Positions 36,762-52,249 of a stretch of DNA of 64,000 nucleotides are shown here, one piece after another. The notes below the pieces were generated by a model. It saw nothing but the letters and a program-made list of their open reading frames with translations, was not told where the DNA came from and did no database searches. The position numbers and the translations under genes were made by a program. The stretch is from the NCBI GenBank assembly GCA_012295275.1, contig CM022671.1:19344001-19408000 (forward strand). The letters are read 5' to 3'. Position 1 is the stretch's first letter. Each line of letters starts with the position of its first letter. The DNA comes from Chrysomallon squamiferum. Lineage: Eukaryota > Animalia > Mollusca.

Positions 36762-39365
36762 AAGTTATTCAACCAGTGGGCCTATTCTATTAAATGAAAA
36801 TGCATCCTTCGATCTTATCTTCACTCCCTTGTGGCTTTTTATGATTGTCAGGTGTAAACAGATTATAAACTCCGAATTTAATGTTTTTACGCTTCATTCT
36901 TTTCTGTCATTGGCCAGAAAGAGTGAGTTTGATAAGCATGCTTCATAACAGCTTACTGTGATTAACATTCTGATTAAGACATTTTGTCAGGTAGTTGTGG
37001 GTGCATTAATCTCATGGGAGGAATTTCAAACAATACAGATGGCGTCTGTAGGTACCGTCGATCCTAGTTCATTTTCAGATCCAAAACAATGCGTTGTTAT
37101 TAAACTACACATCGATTTAGAAATCAACTTTAATAAGAATATTTTGGAAGGAAGTGCTGAAGTAACGGTTGAGAAGAAAAACAAAGATATTAAAACAGTT
37201 GTAAGTGATTTTATCGTACACGAATCATGAAACCGAAACCGAAACAGGTTTAGCTAACGTGAATAGGGCAAACCATATTTAAGGACAGCGTCTGTTAGCA
37301 ACCATTCAGTTTCATTATTACTGACGCACATAAACGAAATGTAACTGTATGTATCCCACGGGTTTCCTTTCTTCGTTTATATCAGCTGAACATTAACGTA
37401 AGGAAATTATTACTTTGTAGGCTGAGGGACAAAACATTCCTGCAAGCGATTTGCAAAAAAATATTTCCTTAAAAATATTTCCTTATACAAGCTATTGATC
37501 ACTTGACTAGGAATCTAGGCAATCCTACTAAATTACCAACTACAACGTTTTTACAGTATATTTTCGATTTAAACTGTTTTATTTATTTATTTTATAGAGA
37601 ATTCATTCTTACAAAAACAATTAACATGTTCCATGAAAGTTATTCAAGCAATGGGTTTATTAACTAAAAAATCATCCTTTGGTCTTCTCTGCACTTCCTT
37701 GTGGCTATGTCTGTTGTAAATAGATTATAAACTCCCCATTTAGAGTTTTTAAGCTTCATTCTTTCCTAACATTGGCCTGAAACAGTGTGATAAGCATGCT
37801 TCATAACAGCCTTGATTAACACGTTAATTTTTAGCTCCTTAAGAAATTGTGTCATATAACTGTGGATGCATTAATGTCTTGGGAGGAATTTAGAAATATT
37901 ATTCAGATGGATTCAGTAGGTACTGTCGATCGTAGTTCATTTTCAGATAAAAACACAATGCATTGTTACTAAATTACACATCAGTTTAGAAATTAACTTT
38001 GATAAGAATATTTTGGAAACACTGCTGAAGTAACGGTTGAGAAGAAAAACAAACATATTAAAACAGTTGTAAGTTATTCAACCAGTGGGCCTATTCTATT
38101 AAATGAAAATGCATCCTTCGATCTTATCTTCACTCCCTTGTGGTTTTTATGATTGTCAGGTGTAAACAGATTATAAACTCCGAATTTAATGTTTTTACGC
38201 TTCATTCTTTTCTGTCATTGGCCAGAAAGAGTGAGTTTGATAAGCATGCTTCATAACAGCTTACTGTGATTAACATTCTGATTAAGACATTTTGGGTGCA
38301 TTAATCTCATGGGAGGAATTTCAAACAATACAGATGGCGTCTGTAGGTACCGTCGATCCTAGTTCATTTTCAGATCCAAAACAATGCGTTGTTATTAAAC
38401 TACACATCGATTTAGAAATCAACTTTAATAAGAATATTTTGGAAGGAAGTGCTGAAGTAACGGTTGAGAAGAAAAACAAAGATATTAAAACAGTTGTAAG
38501 TGATTTTATCGTACACGAATCATGAAACCGAAACCGAAACAGGTTTAGCTAACTTGAATAGGGCAAACCATATTTAAGGACAGCGTCTGTTAGCAACCAT
38601 TCAGTTTCATTATTATTGACGCACATAAACGAAATGTAACTGTATATATCCCACGGGTTTCCTTTCTTCGTTTATATCAGCTGAACATTAACGTAAGGAA
38701 ATTATTACTTTGTAGGCTGAGGGACAAAACATTCCTGCAAGCGATTTGCAAAAAAATATTTCCTTAAAAATATTTCCTTATACAAGCTATTGATCACTTG
38801 ACTAGGAATCTAGGCAATCCTACTAAATTACCAACTACAACGTTTTTACAGTATATTTTCGATTGAAACTGTTTTATTTATTTATTTTATAGAGAATTCA
38901 TTCTTACAAAAACAATTAACATGTTCCATGAAAGTTATTCAAGCAATGGGTTTATTAACTAAAAAATCATCCTTTGGTCTTCTCTGCACTTCCTTGTGGC
39001 TATGTCTGTTGTAAATAGATTATAAACTCCCCATTTAGAGTTTTTAAGCTTCATTCTTTCCTAACATTGGCCTGAAACAGTGTGATAAGCATGCTTCATA
39101 ACAGCCTTGATTAACACGTTAATTTTTAGCTCCTTAAGAAATTGTGTCATATAACTGTGGATGCATTAATGTCTTGGGAGGAATTTAGAAATATTATTCA
39201 GATGGATTCAGTAGGTACTGTCGATCGTAGTTCATTTTCAGATAAAAACACAATGCATTGTTACTAAATTACACATCAGTTTAGAAATTAACTTTGATAA
39301 GAATATTTTGGAAACACTGCTGAAGTAACGGTTGAGAAGAAAAACAAACATATTAAAACAGTTGT
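36762..39365 (+). repeat. Recent ~1.3-kb tandem duplication containing LTA4H exon 1 plus its pseudo-exon (unit 2 only)
   Basis: Intact exon 1 at 37039-37200 and 38334-38495; pseudo-exon at 37907-38068 and 39202-39363; period 1295 bp. The junction at 38071 has AAGT microhomology. Confidence 0.92.
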
Positions 39366-42300
39366 AAGTGATTTTATCATACACGAATCATGAAAAAGAA
39401 ACTGAAACAGGTTTAGCTAAACCAGGTATAGTTTAAGTAGCCTAGATGAGAAATAAGATAGATTTCTTTGTGTGTATAATAGAATGTTTAGATAACTATA
39501 AAGCATCAACATTTGAACCAATAGTTAAATGTCAAAGAAGTAATTTTTGAACTATACATACATGTATGTATGTGCATATATATGTGTGTTTGTCTTTCAG
39601 CATAAGTGGTAATAACAAATAATTTATTAAAGTAAAAGATGTTGCATCCCAAAAATATAGAAATTTATCTAGTCATCATATCTATTTATAGTGACTGCAG
39701 GATAAATAGGGAATAATTGGTTACAGTCTTAAGATTTCAGCAAGGGTTAGAATGCTGTGCAGCAAGGTTTTGTCATTGCCATTTGATATGATGGTATCTG
39801 GTTATATCTTTTATCCTGCAGTCCTAAATAATCCAAAAACTAAATGAAATTAACTGGGTTTTTTACCTCATTTCAGTGTTCATGAGATTAGCAGACTGAT
39901 GCACAGTTATTTCATTGTTGCATACAAAACTATATATCAAAACAAAATAATTCTTAAAGACCAGAAATTAAATACTAAAGAAGTAACTTTGAACAATGTA
40001 TGTACACATGCATACACACACATACACGTCTATATATAATTTTTCCTTCAGATTTTGGACAGCAGGAATTTGACAATTTCTCAAGTTCTTGACAAGGCTA
40101 CAAAAAATAAACTTGATTATAAACTTGAAGAACCAAGAAAGCCTTATGGATCCAAGTTTGAAATAACTTTACCAACAACCAATGAAAACACGTTAGTATT
40201 ATAATTATCATATAATATAAAATTTGAAGTCATAGCTGAGAGGATGAAGATGGGGTCAAGCAGCTATTTCTCATTAAAATTGAGAGATAATACAAAAAAA
40301 AAACAGTTCTGTTAACTTTGTGAATAATTATTTTTTTTTTAGATCTTATTCCCAAGGTATTAAACATACTGAGAATATTGTTAAATAATGTTTCAGTTAT
40401 TCCATCTTTCCCCTTCTCTTTGATTGTGAATTTAATATGAGTTACCTCTACAATTCTACAGTAAAATTTCTATTAAAAATTATAAGAATTTTAGAATATA
40501 AAAATTCCATACTGGTTTGTATTAAGTATTGTCCTCTTTTCTTTAGAGTGACCATAGTTATTGAGTACAAAACATCAAAGGACAGCACAGCTCTACAATG
40601 GCTAAGGAGAGAGCAGACAGCAGGAAAACGGCAACCATATTTATTCAGCCAGTGTCAGGTAAGATTATCTTTTGTTGTTGTTTGACTTTTTTGTATTTTT
40701 ATGTGTTCTTATGTACATACATACATACATATGTACATGGAATTATTTATGTTAAAAAGCAAAATAATGTCAGGTAATTTTAAAAGTAAATTAAAGATTA
40801 CATTTAGAAGAAGATTTTATGTTTAATTCAGCAACTATTCTTGAGTATAAACTAATAATAGATTAATTTGTTTAAATGTTATAACAAATTCTGGTGTTTT
40901 TATTTTAAGGCTATTCATGCCAGAAGTATTGTGCCCTGTCAGGATACACCTTATGTGAAATTTCCTTACACAGCCAAGGTAAGGAGAAGTCAGCTATCAA
41001 TTATAGATATCTGAAATAACCAAACCTTTATGCATAACTAAATTCAGTTTTTATTATTTTAATGGTTTATCTAAAATAACATTGTGATTATACATTATTT
41101 AACAATCTTTACACTGTCACTTCTTTAAATATTCATTCATTTAAATGATTTGCAACAAAGAAAATGAGTTATTGCAAAAAATTAATATTAATATTGAAAA
41201 GATAGCTGTGTAAATTAATTATATAAATTATTAACACCTTAGTATTAAAAGGAAATTTGTTTGTATAAATGTTGTTTCAGAAGATCTTGTAATATCTTTA
41301 CTACTTGGGCTAAGTTACACCCTAGTACCAAGCCCAATTTTCACATTTCTAAAATTTGTTAATTATAATTTTTGCTGATATTTGGAATAATGACCCCAGT
41401 ATGCTCTATATTTCAGAAAAATATCATAAACGAAATATAACTATGTCAGAGGAACAGATATTAAAATATTTTATATAATACTATTTTGATGCTGTTAATG
41501 AATGATCATTTTATTATGTTTAGGTGACTGCTCCAAGTGAAATAACAGTGCTGATGAGTGCAGTGAGAAAAGAAGTGGTTTCTGGTGAATCAGAGACTGT
41601 TTATCATTTTGAACAGAAGGTACCCATTCCTAGTTATCTGATTGCCATTGTGGCTGGAGATATTGAGAGCAGGTATTTGTATACTTACACTTCTATTTAT
41701 TTATATCTTTGTGTTTGCTTTTGTTATCACTGAAATAGATCTATTTTAATATGTTTTTTCTTTTTGTTTTTTTTTTAAACTTAATTTATTATTATTTTGT
41801 TTGTATTTTTTTTTGTATTTCTTTCTTATATATTGTTAAAAAAAGGAAGAAAAAAAGAAGTTTCTTTGGGCAGAGTAGATATTTGTTTTCACTGTTTGTG
41901 ATAAATATAAATGGAACATATTAAACTCTGTATATACTGTTGATTTGTTACTTTTAAGGACCATTGGACCCCGATCAAAGGTGTGGTCTGAAAAGGAGTT
42001 AGTTGATTTGGCAGCATATGAATTTGCTGAGGTAATTATTATTGTTGTTTTTATAAGTAACCAGATAATTTCAATAAAAAGTTCATCATTTCTTTGTATG
42101 CTAAGGTTTCATAATGTAAATTATCAGTTTGTAATTTGAAACACCTGACAATTTATTATCCTTACTTAATATTTATTTTCCAAATGTTTTCTTCCATTAA
42201 TTTCATATAGTGTTATGATTTAAAAAAAATTGGCATGATTTCACAAATAAAAATAAAACAAATAATTGGTAAGACAGTTAGTAAAGACAAGTAAGCAGAA

Positions 42301-45300
42301 CATTCTAATTTATCAAAATGAATTCACTTTGGATTTGTTTGAGATTCTTGATAGAAAGTGTATTGTTTAAATGACATGACCTAGAATTTAATACTTTTTA
42401 CAGTACAGTATATTGTTAGTACTAACTTTATTAATTTAGTACAATATGTCAGCTTTAATTAACACCTAGGATTGTTTTATTTTGATTCAATCATTAAAAT
42501 GAATATCTCTTTCTGTACTTCATCTGTTTTGATGATTCTATCATTACTGAAATGAATATCTCTTTCTCTGTTTTATCTATTTAATATTTCTGTCATTAAT
42601 AAAAGGAATATCTTTTGCACCTTTTAATCTATTTTTATGATTCTGTCATCAGTAAAAATGCATTTCTTTTGCAATATTTTTTAATGTAACTGTCTAAACT
42701 TTTGTACAAATACTTCTTGTTATTTCAGACAGAAGACATGATAAAAACTGCAGAGTCTCTACTTGGACCCTATGTATGGGGCAACTATGATCTGCTTGTT
42801 TTACCGCCATCTTTTCCGTTTGGTGGAATGGAAAACCCTTGTTTGACTTTTGTCACACCAACTTTACTGGTATGTTGAACAAGTATCTGGACAAAATAAC
42901 ATTTTATTCATCAAGTAAAACAGAAAACTGATAAAGCAATTATTTAAATGTATGGTCCATATAAAAATAAATGAGAAATGTTTAGTCTTTTATTAAAAAA
43001 AAATTAAATTTCTTCTTTTTTCAGTTCCATTATTAGACTAAAAATAACACATTATTGAGAAGCAAATGTTGATGTCGTAATTTGAAATAAAAAAATTTAA
43101 AAAAATTAAATATAAATTTCTTTGTCAAATCTCATTTTAATTTGGCCACTGGTGGTGATGTATGTTGAGATTAAATATATATTAATTTATTCACATCTTT
43201 AATGATTTTTGTTTTTTTTGTCAGGCTGGAGATCGATCCCTTGCTGATGTTGTAGCCCACGAAATTTCACATAGCTGGACTGGAAACCTTGTCACCAACA
43301 ATTCCTGTGAACATTTCTGGTATAAATATACAAGTTTCTATTTACAAAACATTTTAAAACATAAATGCTTGAGAAAGTGAAGAAGTCTGGTAAAACTTAG
43401 CTTATGCAAAGAGGGTATTCTTAAAGAAAAAAAAAGAAAAAAAGAAAACATTACACATACAGTTGAAGGTTGCTTTATCAACACTATTAGTATATATGGA
43501 GAGAGGCATATAATAATTATTTGAATTAGAGATGGAGTATCTTGTTGATAGTCGACATAGTAAAAAAAAGATACTTTCTTCAGGTTGAACGAGGGACACA
43601 CAGTGTTTGTTGAAAGGAAGATTGTATCAAGGCTGCATGGAGGAGAGCAGATGAGGCATTTCATGGCATCAGAAGGGTGGCATGAGCTACAGAATGCAGT
43701 GAGTTCAAATGTTACTGTACTTTTGTTTTTAGTTTTCTCTATATTTCAGTGACAATATAAAGAAAATGGGGAAATTCTGAACAGTTGGCAGTATGTGGCA
43801 ATTCATTATAACAGCATCCATCTCATGATTTATTCATTATTCTATTAAATTCCTTGATAATTCTGTTTACGCTTGAACTCTCATTTTATCAAAAAAAGAA
43901 AAAACATTTACTTTTTTTTTTAACTGTTTAATATAAATAATAAAAAAAAAAAAAAAATTAATGATTAGGAACTGTTATTGATTTTTTATTTTGTATATAG
44001 ATCAGTGTTTTATTTGTGATTGATACATATTTTATTACTTAACATATTGTATTTTGTGAAGGTGAATACATTGGATAATCCAGAGTTCACTAAACTGATT
44101 CCTAATCTTGAAGGTGTGGATCCTGATGATGCCTTTTCCACTGTTCCTTATGAAAAAGGCTTTGCTCTTCTCTTTTATCTAGAGACTCTTGTAGGAGGAC
44201 CAGGTTTGAATAAACAAATACTTTTTTGTTTAAATTAAAATAATACTGTCATGAAACAAGAAAAGGATTTACAAAACAAAATAATGTGTAAGACATAATT
44301 AGGATATTGTGGTCATATACCTTTCATCAAATTAATTAAAATTTTATAAACATAAAGCATAATTAAAATATTGTTGTGTTTTTGCCATAACTTATTTAGA
44401 AACTGAGTTAAATTAAGTTAGGTTTGATTTGCTACATTTAGCTATGAAACAGACAGGTATCTTTTTGTACTATATATATCACTAAACAAAATGTCTGAAC
44501 AAATGATTTGGTATTGGAAAAATGCTTTCCTCAGATGTGATTAGTTTTGGAGATTTCTTTCAGAGAAAGGAAATTTAGATAAAAAGATTAGTTTTGAATT
44601 TTTATTTTTTCTAATCATCCTAGTAATGGTTTTGATAAAAACAGATTGTTATCTTCATTCATATAAAATGATTTTATTACAACCATTATTTGTAATAAGT
44701 TAGAAAATGCTGTAAAGGTTTTGTGCATGAAACTTATGGTAAAGGCAAAGAATAAACAAAACTATCTTTTTATGATTATCTACAGAAATCTTTGAAAAGT
44801 TTTTGCAAGCCTACATTGAGCAATTCAAGTACAAGTCTATTGATTCCAACCAGTGGAAGAACTTTCTCTTTTCTCACTTTAATGATGAGGTAAAATAAAC
44901 CTGCATGTTTTTTTTGTAACTATGTTAATTATTTAATGTGATTAAGTTACACTTAATGTTCCAGTGATCCTAACAATGATATTTTTTACCTTATTAAGTA
45001 TCTGTCCTTAGCTACTACCTGAATATCTTGCTGTAAATTAGTGATTTTCTGTAGCCATTTATGTTTATTTGGAATGCATATATAATAATATTGTTACTGA
45101 TTTTGGCATTCCTAATTTAATATTTTTCTAACATCTTGTTTTAAAGAATAAATTGTTAGCTTTCTGTAATAAGTGTGTGTGTGTGTGTGTGTGTGTGTTA
45201 AATGAAATTGGACTTCAGGTATAAATTACTTTAAATGTACATTATGTATGTGTGACTATATATATATAAAATGTACATTTTATATATATATATATATATA

Positions 45301-47520
45301 TATGTATACGTAGTCACACATACACATTTATTTATTCTTTTAGGCTACAAAGAAAAAACTGGAGGCTGTAGACTGGAATACTTGGTTTTTTGGCACAGGA
45401 ATGCCACCTGTTAAACCTGAGTAAGTAAATAATTCATATTAGGTCTGATAACTCTGATGTTTTTGTTCTTTTTGTTTTTACGTTTTTTTTCAGTCTAAAT
45501 CAAGTTAATCAACACCAACAGTATTTTCAGATAGCATTGATGGAAGATGTTAATGAAATATTTAGAAATGTTTACAAAAACAGTGCATAATAATAATTGT
45601 TTTTGTAGAAAAAAATCATTCATTTATAGTAGTTTTATAAACCCCAGCCAAAAAACCAAAACAAAAGAAATCCAATTTTGTTATAACCAGAGATGTTTGT
45701 ATTAGTCCTAAATACAAACTCCTGCAATTTCAGCACTAACCATATATTTTGATTAATTAGTATCTTTGTGTAAATATTTTATGACCACTTTTTTCTAAGA
45801 CATTAAAAGATAATTTTAACCATTAATCATGAAATTCTTATTTATCGTTGAAGTTGATATTGATGTTTAATTGCAAAAGTTTGAACTGTGGTAGAAGTAG
45901 ACTGTACCCAAGCTTGGTATTGTTCAGTGTATTTAAGTTTTAATTTTAACTTACTTCAGGTATGACACATCATTATTAATCCCAGCAGCAAAACTCTGTG
46001 AAAAGTGGTTTGAAGCTACTGAAGAAGACTTGTCACAGTTCACCAGTCATGACTTGCACGCCTTGTCTTCTCTTCAGGAAAGAGAATTTCTTAGTCTTCT
46101 GCTTCAGAAGGTTATTTATTATATCAGATTTATTTATTTTTTATTTAATTATTATTATTTTTTTTTTTTTTGTATATTAAATTTTCTATTTATTTATTCA
46201 TTCTTTTTTTATATTTATTGTTATTTATTTATTCATTTTATTCATTCATTCATTCATTTATTGAAATTAAGTTTTTTTCTGTAGTATATTATAATGCCAT
46301 GTATATATTTTTAATATTCCCAACTAAAATAAAGAAACTCATTTATTTAGTATTATTTTCAGCATTTATTATTATTATTTATTTTTTGTTCATTATATAA
46401 TATGATTTTCATTATTTTAACAGTATGTGTCAGGATTCTAATTTAATAGAATTTAAATTTTTTAATGTTTTGCTTTATAAAGCCTCCATTGCCTGTGTAC
46501 AAATTAGAAAAAATGGAACAACTTTATAATCTGAATGTTGTTAAAAACTCGGAAATCAAATTCAGGTGAGGTCAAAAACAGATTATAAATGTGATCATTG
46601 AAATATTCCAAAATACTCAAAAATCTTAAGCATTAAAACATTGCTACGTGAATTCATTACACAGTTTTAGAAATAATTAAAACAGGTATATCTTGTCTCT
46701 TAATGTTACTTTCATTCCAGTTAATATTAATGATCAAAATTTAGATGACTTTATAGATGACATTTAGGATGTATTTAAATAGGGTAACAAATGGAAAATA
46801 ATGGATTTATATTTCACATGTAATATTATCATGACGAACATTCTGTTTAAAATATATTTAATATGTAATAATGTTTTGAAACAGTTAATAATTGTATGGA
46901 AGGATTTATAATGTCTATGATGAATAAAGTGGATAGAAAAATATGTTTTTAAACTAAGCTACGTTTATGTTTTAGGTGGATACGGCTTGGTTTAAAAGCC
47001 AAATGGACTGAAGCAATTGAACAAGCTTTAAAATTTGTTAACCAGCAAGGGAGGATGAAGTTTGTTCGGCCAATTTACAGGCAATTATGATAATTTTTAA
47101 CTATTCCAAAAGATTTTAATAATAATGAAAGATTACAAAAACAAGTATTAAATTATTACTTTGTTTTCAAATTCTCATCTTAATTGTTTTGGTATAATTT
47201 AAAAAAAACAGAAACAAGTTGTACCTAAATAGAGTTTTTTTTTACAGCTCCAGTTAGATTTTTAAAACTAATAACATATATAGATTTCAATTTAAAATAA
47301 AGTAATAACAAAAAGGTATATGTAAAGTTGTAGTTAGAAATGTCTACTAAATTCATAGTAAATATTATTTAACTTTTAATTATGTTATTTCTCTTTTCAG
47401 AGATTTGTACAACTGGGAGGAAGCTCGAAACAGGCAATAGATAATTACAAATATCATTGTGATGAAATGCATAATACAACAGCATCTCTTGTGGCCAAGG
47501 ACCTCAAGCTGAGAAAATGA
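37039..47520 (+). CDS. LTA4H: Leukotriene A4 hydrolase / M1 aminopeptidase, copy 2 (-1 frameshift in the last exon)
   Basis: Exons 37039-37200 (or 38334-38495), 40052-40191, 40547-40658, 40910-40978, 41524-41672, 41959-42031, 42729-42869, 43225-43319, 43584-43698, 44062-44203, 44786-44889, 45344-45420, 45960-46110, 46483-46565, 46976-47080, 47401-47520. All catalytic motifs are intact. GCTCGAAAC (versus GCTCGGAAAC in copy 1) gives an early TAG at 47438-47440. Confidence 0.95.
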
Positions 47521-48523
47521 TTCCACTCTTTTCTTAATATACAACTCACAGTTCAGTGTAGCTGATTCAGTACATTTTACTAAAGTAGTGTTTGGGTTTG
47601 GATTTTTGTTTTCTTTAATTTCTATTGCTTTACGGAATATTTTAATTACTTTTCATTTTATATGGAAATATAATATATTAGTATTTAAATAAAGGGAAAA
47701 AGGTGAAATGAATTGATCTGTAATTATGGAAAAAGGAACAAGACTGAGATATAATTCCAGTTTATATTTGTGGATATAAACCATAATGGTTTTGTTTTGT
47801 CTTTTTATAATAATTTAGTTTTTTGTTTTAATTGGAAACTAACAGCTATTTTTAAATTTGTTCTGTTAACAATTGTGATATTTTCTATACACAAATCAAT
47901 AATTTGATTTTATTTAAATTTTAATATTATGAATTAAATAGAAGATTTTGATTATTTTATAATTAGAACCAAGTGAAGATGTTTTTTTATTTTAATATTT
48001 TTAACTAAATAAAGAATTGGAAATTTTAAATAAATAAAAAAAAATGTATGATTTTTTAGTAGTTTGTGCTAAATAAGTTTATTGTGATACTTTTAACCAA
48101 ATAAGTTGATCGCGTTAATATGTTTAACTAAGTAAAGAGTAAACCAAAGAAACTTGACTGTTGTATTATAATTTATTTTTAACATTTTTAACTTGGAAGC
48201 TTTATTATTATTTATTTAATTTCAACATGCATATCAAGTTCATTATTTTATTATTATTAAAAAAAAATAATAATCTCATAGATCAAAGAATTATAATTGT
48301 TTAAAGTCATCAATAAATATGTTTTGTATTTGTTTTGTTTGTTATTTATTAATGCAGTTATTTTTGTTTTGTTTCTGTTAAAGAGTAAAATAATCCGATC
48401 AGGATAAAAACAACAACAACGATAAAAGGTTTTTCAAAAATAACAAACAAGATCGGCTGTGAACAAGATCGGCTGTGAACAGCTATTTCAAAGTTAAAAA
48501 CACACTGGATGACTTAGTCATAT

Positions 48524-48558
<35 letters not shown>

Positions 48559-51500
48559 TTATTATTTTTATTATTTTTAAAATTATATTTAATTAATATA
48601 AAACCGGACTTATTATGATGTTATAATTGTTAAAATATTAGCATATGATATCATCTTTACTGATTCAGTTTAATATTTGGTTAATAACTAAGTTTTGAAT
48701 AACTTAAGTTTCATGAACGATCGAGCATCATAGATGAAATAAATATAAAATAAGAAATATTTTAGGTATTTTTTTTTATTAGTTTAATTTAATGACACTT
48801 TAAATTATAGACTATTATATGCTATTGTATATTATTTGTCCAGAATATTATTTTTTTTTCTAATGAAATATGTTTTTTACTTCACAGAAGTTACTAAAAA
48901 TTTTGTTGTCATTATTTTATTTGTTTATTTAGTGTCTGTAAGTACATGATTGTGTATTTGTGAGTACATTTGAAAAATTACCAAACTTTTAAGATCTTCA
49001 TATATGGATTCGCTTTATCCAAAATGTTCAAGAGGTAACTATTATTGGATAATCAGTAGTTAAAATAATCATTTCAACCCATATAAATAGACAGATAGAT
49101 AGATTGATAGACAAACAATAAAGACAAAATATTAGAAGGCTACTTATTCCACTGTTAAAAAGTTGCGTTTTTATAATGGCTGGTGTCATTACATACTGAT
49201 TTTGTATATAAATATGTTAAAAAAAGTCTACTAAATTTTATTGTGACCACGATCTTTCAAAGACGCAGTCACAAGGTCGGACATGTTTAACATCATTACT
49301 GAAGCAAAAAGTAAATATAAAGGACAGTACAGTTTAGTGACTGTTAAGAAAAGTGTTATCTGTTTAATGGTATGTTTGTGTTAATGATTATTTACCCACT
49401 GTAGAAACGCAAATATTTAAGATACTAGTACGCTGAATAAAGTTGAGAAAATAACATTAAAATGTACTATTGATACCACCTGTTATGCAAAAATAAACTT
49501 GAGTAAAGTCATTAATACGTAGTATTTGTTTCTATAGCATCTGTGAAATGTATGACAATATGGCTTCTGCACTAAGAGAGTGAGGTTACCACACAAAATG
49601 TAAATCTTCTGATGCTAATGACGGGACATAGTAAAAATTGGAGTATTCCATATGAAAACTGTAAAACTTTTCTGAGTAACAACTCTTCGTTACTTAAAGC
49701 TGTCTGCCACTTTTCTGTCCTCTACCTAAACTTGATCATGAGATAAACTAACACCCAAATACATTACCATTTTTATTGTTATAAGCTTATTATGCCAATA
49801 CTTTTAGAAGCTGGTCGATAATAATCTGCACATTGTTGTTGACGTCAACTAGGGTATCAGCCTTGCTAATGTTTATCACCAACAGTGGTTGATACTTATG
49901 TCGGTCCGACAATAGATGGGGAGTGGACACTTACACTGACAAATTGTAACTTAAATGTATCCATGTTTCCTATTCTATAAAGGTCAGTATATAATATTTT
50001 AAAAGTAATTAGTGGGGAGTTAGTGCTAGTTAGACACTATTGGGAGCTTTCGTTAGCACTGGGGACTGTGTGGTCATGTGGCTAGAATTTAAGGGGAGAC
50101 ATTCCCGAGAGCAAGGTGTTGCACTCTGGCCTTTGAAATTTCAGGAGCTTAAACATTTGCTAGTGAAGGTAGTCATTTTTATATTTGGTTAATAGTGGTT
50201 TCACATATGTGCTACAGATCAGCAGTTAATTTAGGTTTATTGCTTTCTTTTTAATAATTCTACTAAAAGGGGATAATTAAGGTATATTAAAGATAAGACA
50301 ATAATTATTTTTTACTTGTGGACTTTCATTTATTTTTAATAGGCTTGCACACAATTTATTAAATGTCTTGGCATAACTTTAAGTAACAGTGCTTACAATT
50401 TATAATAATATTAATGGGAACTCTATTAGTTTTCACATGAAAATTTATTCAAAAATAAACATGACTGAGATACTGAATATTTTCTCAGTAAACACAGCCG
50501 AGAGCCAATAATCTGGTGTCAGCTAGGTGTTAATTGTGTTCCTACAAAAGACAACAGAACCCCTGCTGTTACATAAACAGTGGAATTAAAATTCAGACCG
50601 AAGCTAATTACTTTTGTTAAAGATTACTTTTAACATATGAAACTGACATCAATTAGGAGTGAATGGACTTCAAGAATTTCTGAACTGATTTAATGATCAC
50701 CTATTTTATATTGTTAGACCATTTCATTAGTATCAGACTAAGCGGGACTATATTAATGGCATTAGAAGTTTCATATTATGTGAGTTCTGCTTGAACGTAT
50801 GATTATGATGGTATGCATTAATATGGATAGGGAATATTGAACTGTAGCAGTTTTACTCATGGATAACTCCTCACAGAAGCCTTGACTAATGAACTTTGAC
50901 AATTGATATTTTTAATATTTAAATGCATATAATGGACTTCCCCTTAGGGTTGATCGTAACGAACTGTATATTGATATTAATATTTGATTATATATTTGTT
51001 GAATTATATTCATATATAATTATTTTCTTTTTATCTAAACATCAGGGTTTTTGTATTGATTTGAATTTTGGTTCTGCAGCTGGAGAATCTTTATTATGAT
51101 TTGTTTTATGAACCTGGTCAGTTTGTCCTCCTTGAAGGCGCAAGAGTTACAATGTTGTATATGTTAATATTTCTATATGAGGGTTTAACCTAGTATTAAA
51201 GCACTTTAATTTGAAAACTTGTCTTGGCTGTTTATTCATTAGACATTGATTTTATGCAGTGAGTAACTAGTGAATTACGTACGAATATATATATATTTAT
51301 TAATTATATTATACCAACGTATAGGTCTCACTTGATCCGCTTCCCTCCCCCGTTACATATGGAAGACAAAAAATATAGAAAAAGAATGACTACGTGAATG
51401 TGTGCATATATTTATAAGTGAGATCATTGTGGTTATCAATAAATATATGTGATAAACTCACTTAGATATATATATATATATAAATCTTCAATATTTACAT

Positions 51501-51605
51501 ATAATTCGATAGATATTTATTTAATATCAAAACAAATTTAAAGGAATATTGTAAACAATATTTCAGTAAGTGCTTGTATTTTCACTGCAAGGCAAAGAGA
51601 GAGAA

Positions 51606-51646
<41 letters not shown>

Positions 51647-52249
51647 GTAATTACAACTGTTTAGTGAAAAATGTATGAAATTTAACTTCTATGCAAAATT
51701 CACCTGAGGAGTTATTATAGCAGGATCAAAGTCACTGAATTCACCTATTAGACCATTTAACACGAGCCAGCATCATGGCAAATATTAATTATCAGTCTTA
51801 GTTTGATCTGACATCTAAATAGCATCCTAAAATTTGAGTTGAAATGAATTTTAATATACATGAATGCTAATTTACGAAAACATTTTACTGGATTAATATA
51901 ATGACATTGTGACTAATACAAAAGACCAGTTAAACATAGATCTTTAAACAAGGTTTGACGATACTTGCACATGTTTCTTTAATTTAAACATTACTATATA
52001 GTTGGGTTTTTTGTTGGTTTTTTATGGGTTTTTCAGCATTTTATGTTTTACTTTGGCCAAAACAGAACAACTGAAAAAAAAAAAAAATAATAATAATAAT
52101 AATAAAGAGAAAACCCATGCTTACTACAAATATCGATATACCTTTCAAAACAGTACCAACAGCATTGTGTATCTGAATTTTCAAGAATGATCTTAATTAT
52201 TTTTTTTAATTGTTTCTCATAAGCAAATTCACATTGAAACCGATTATTA

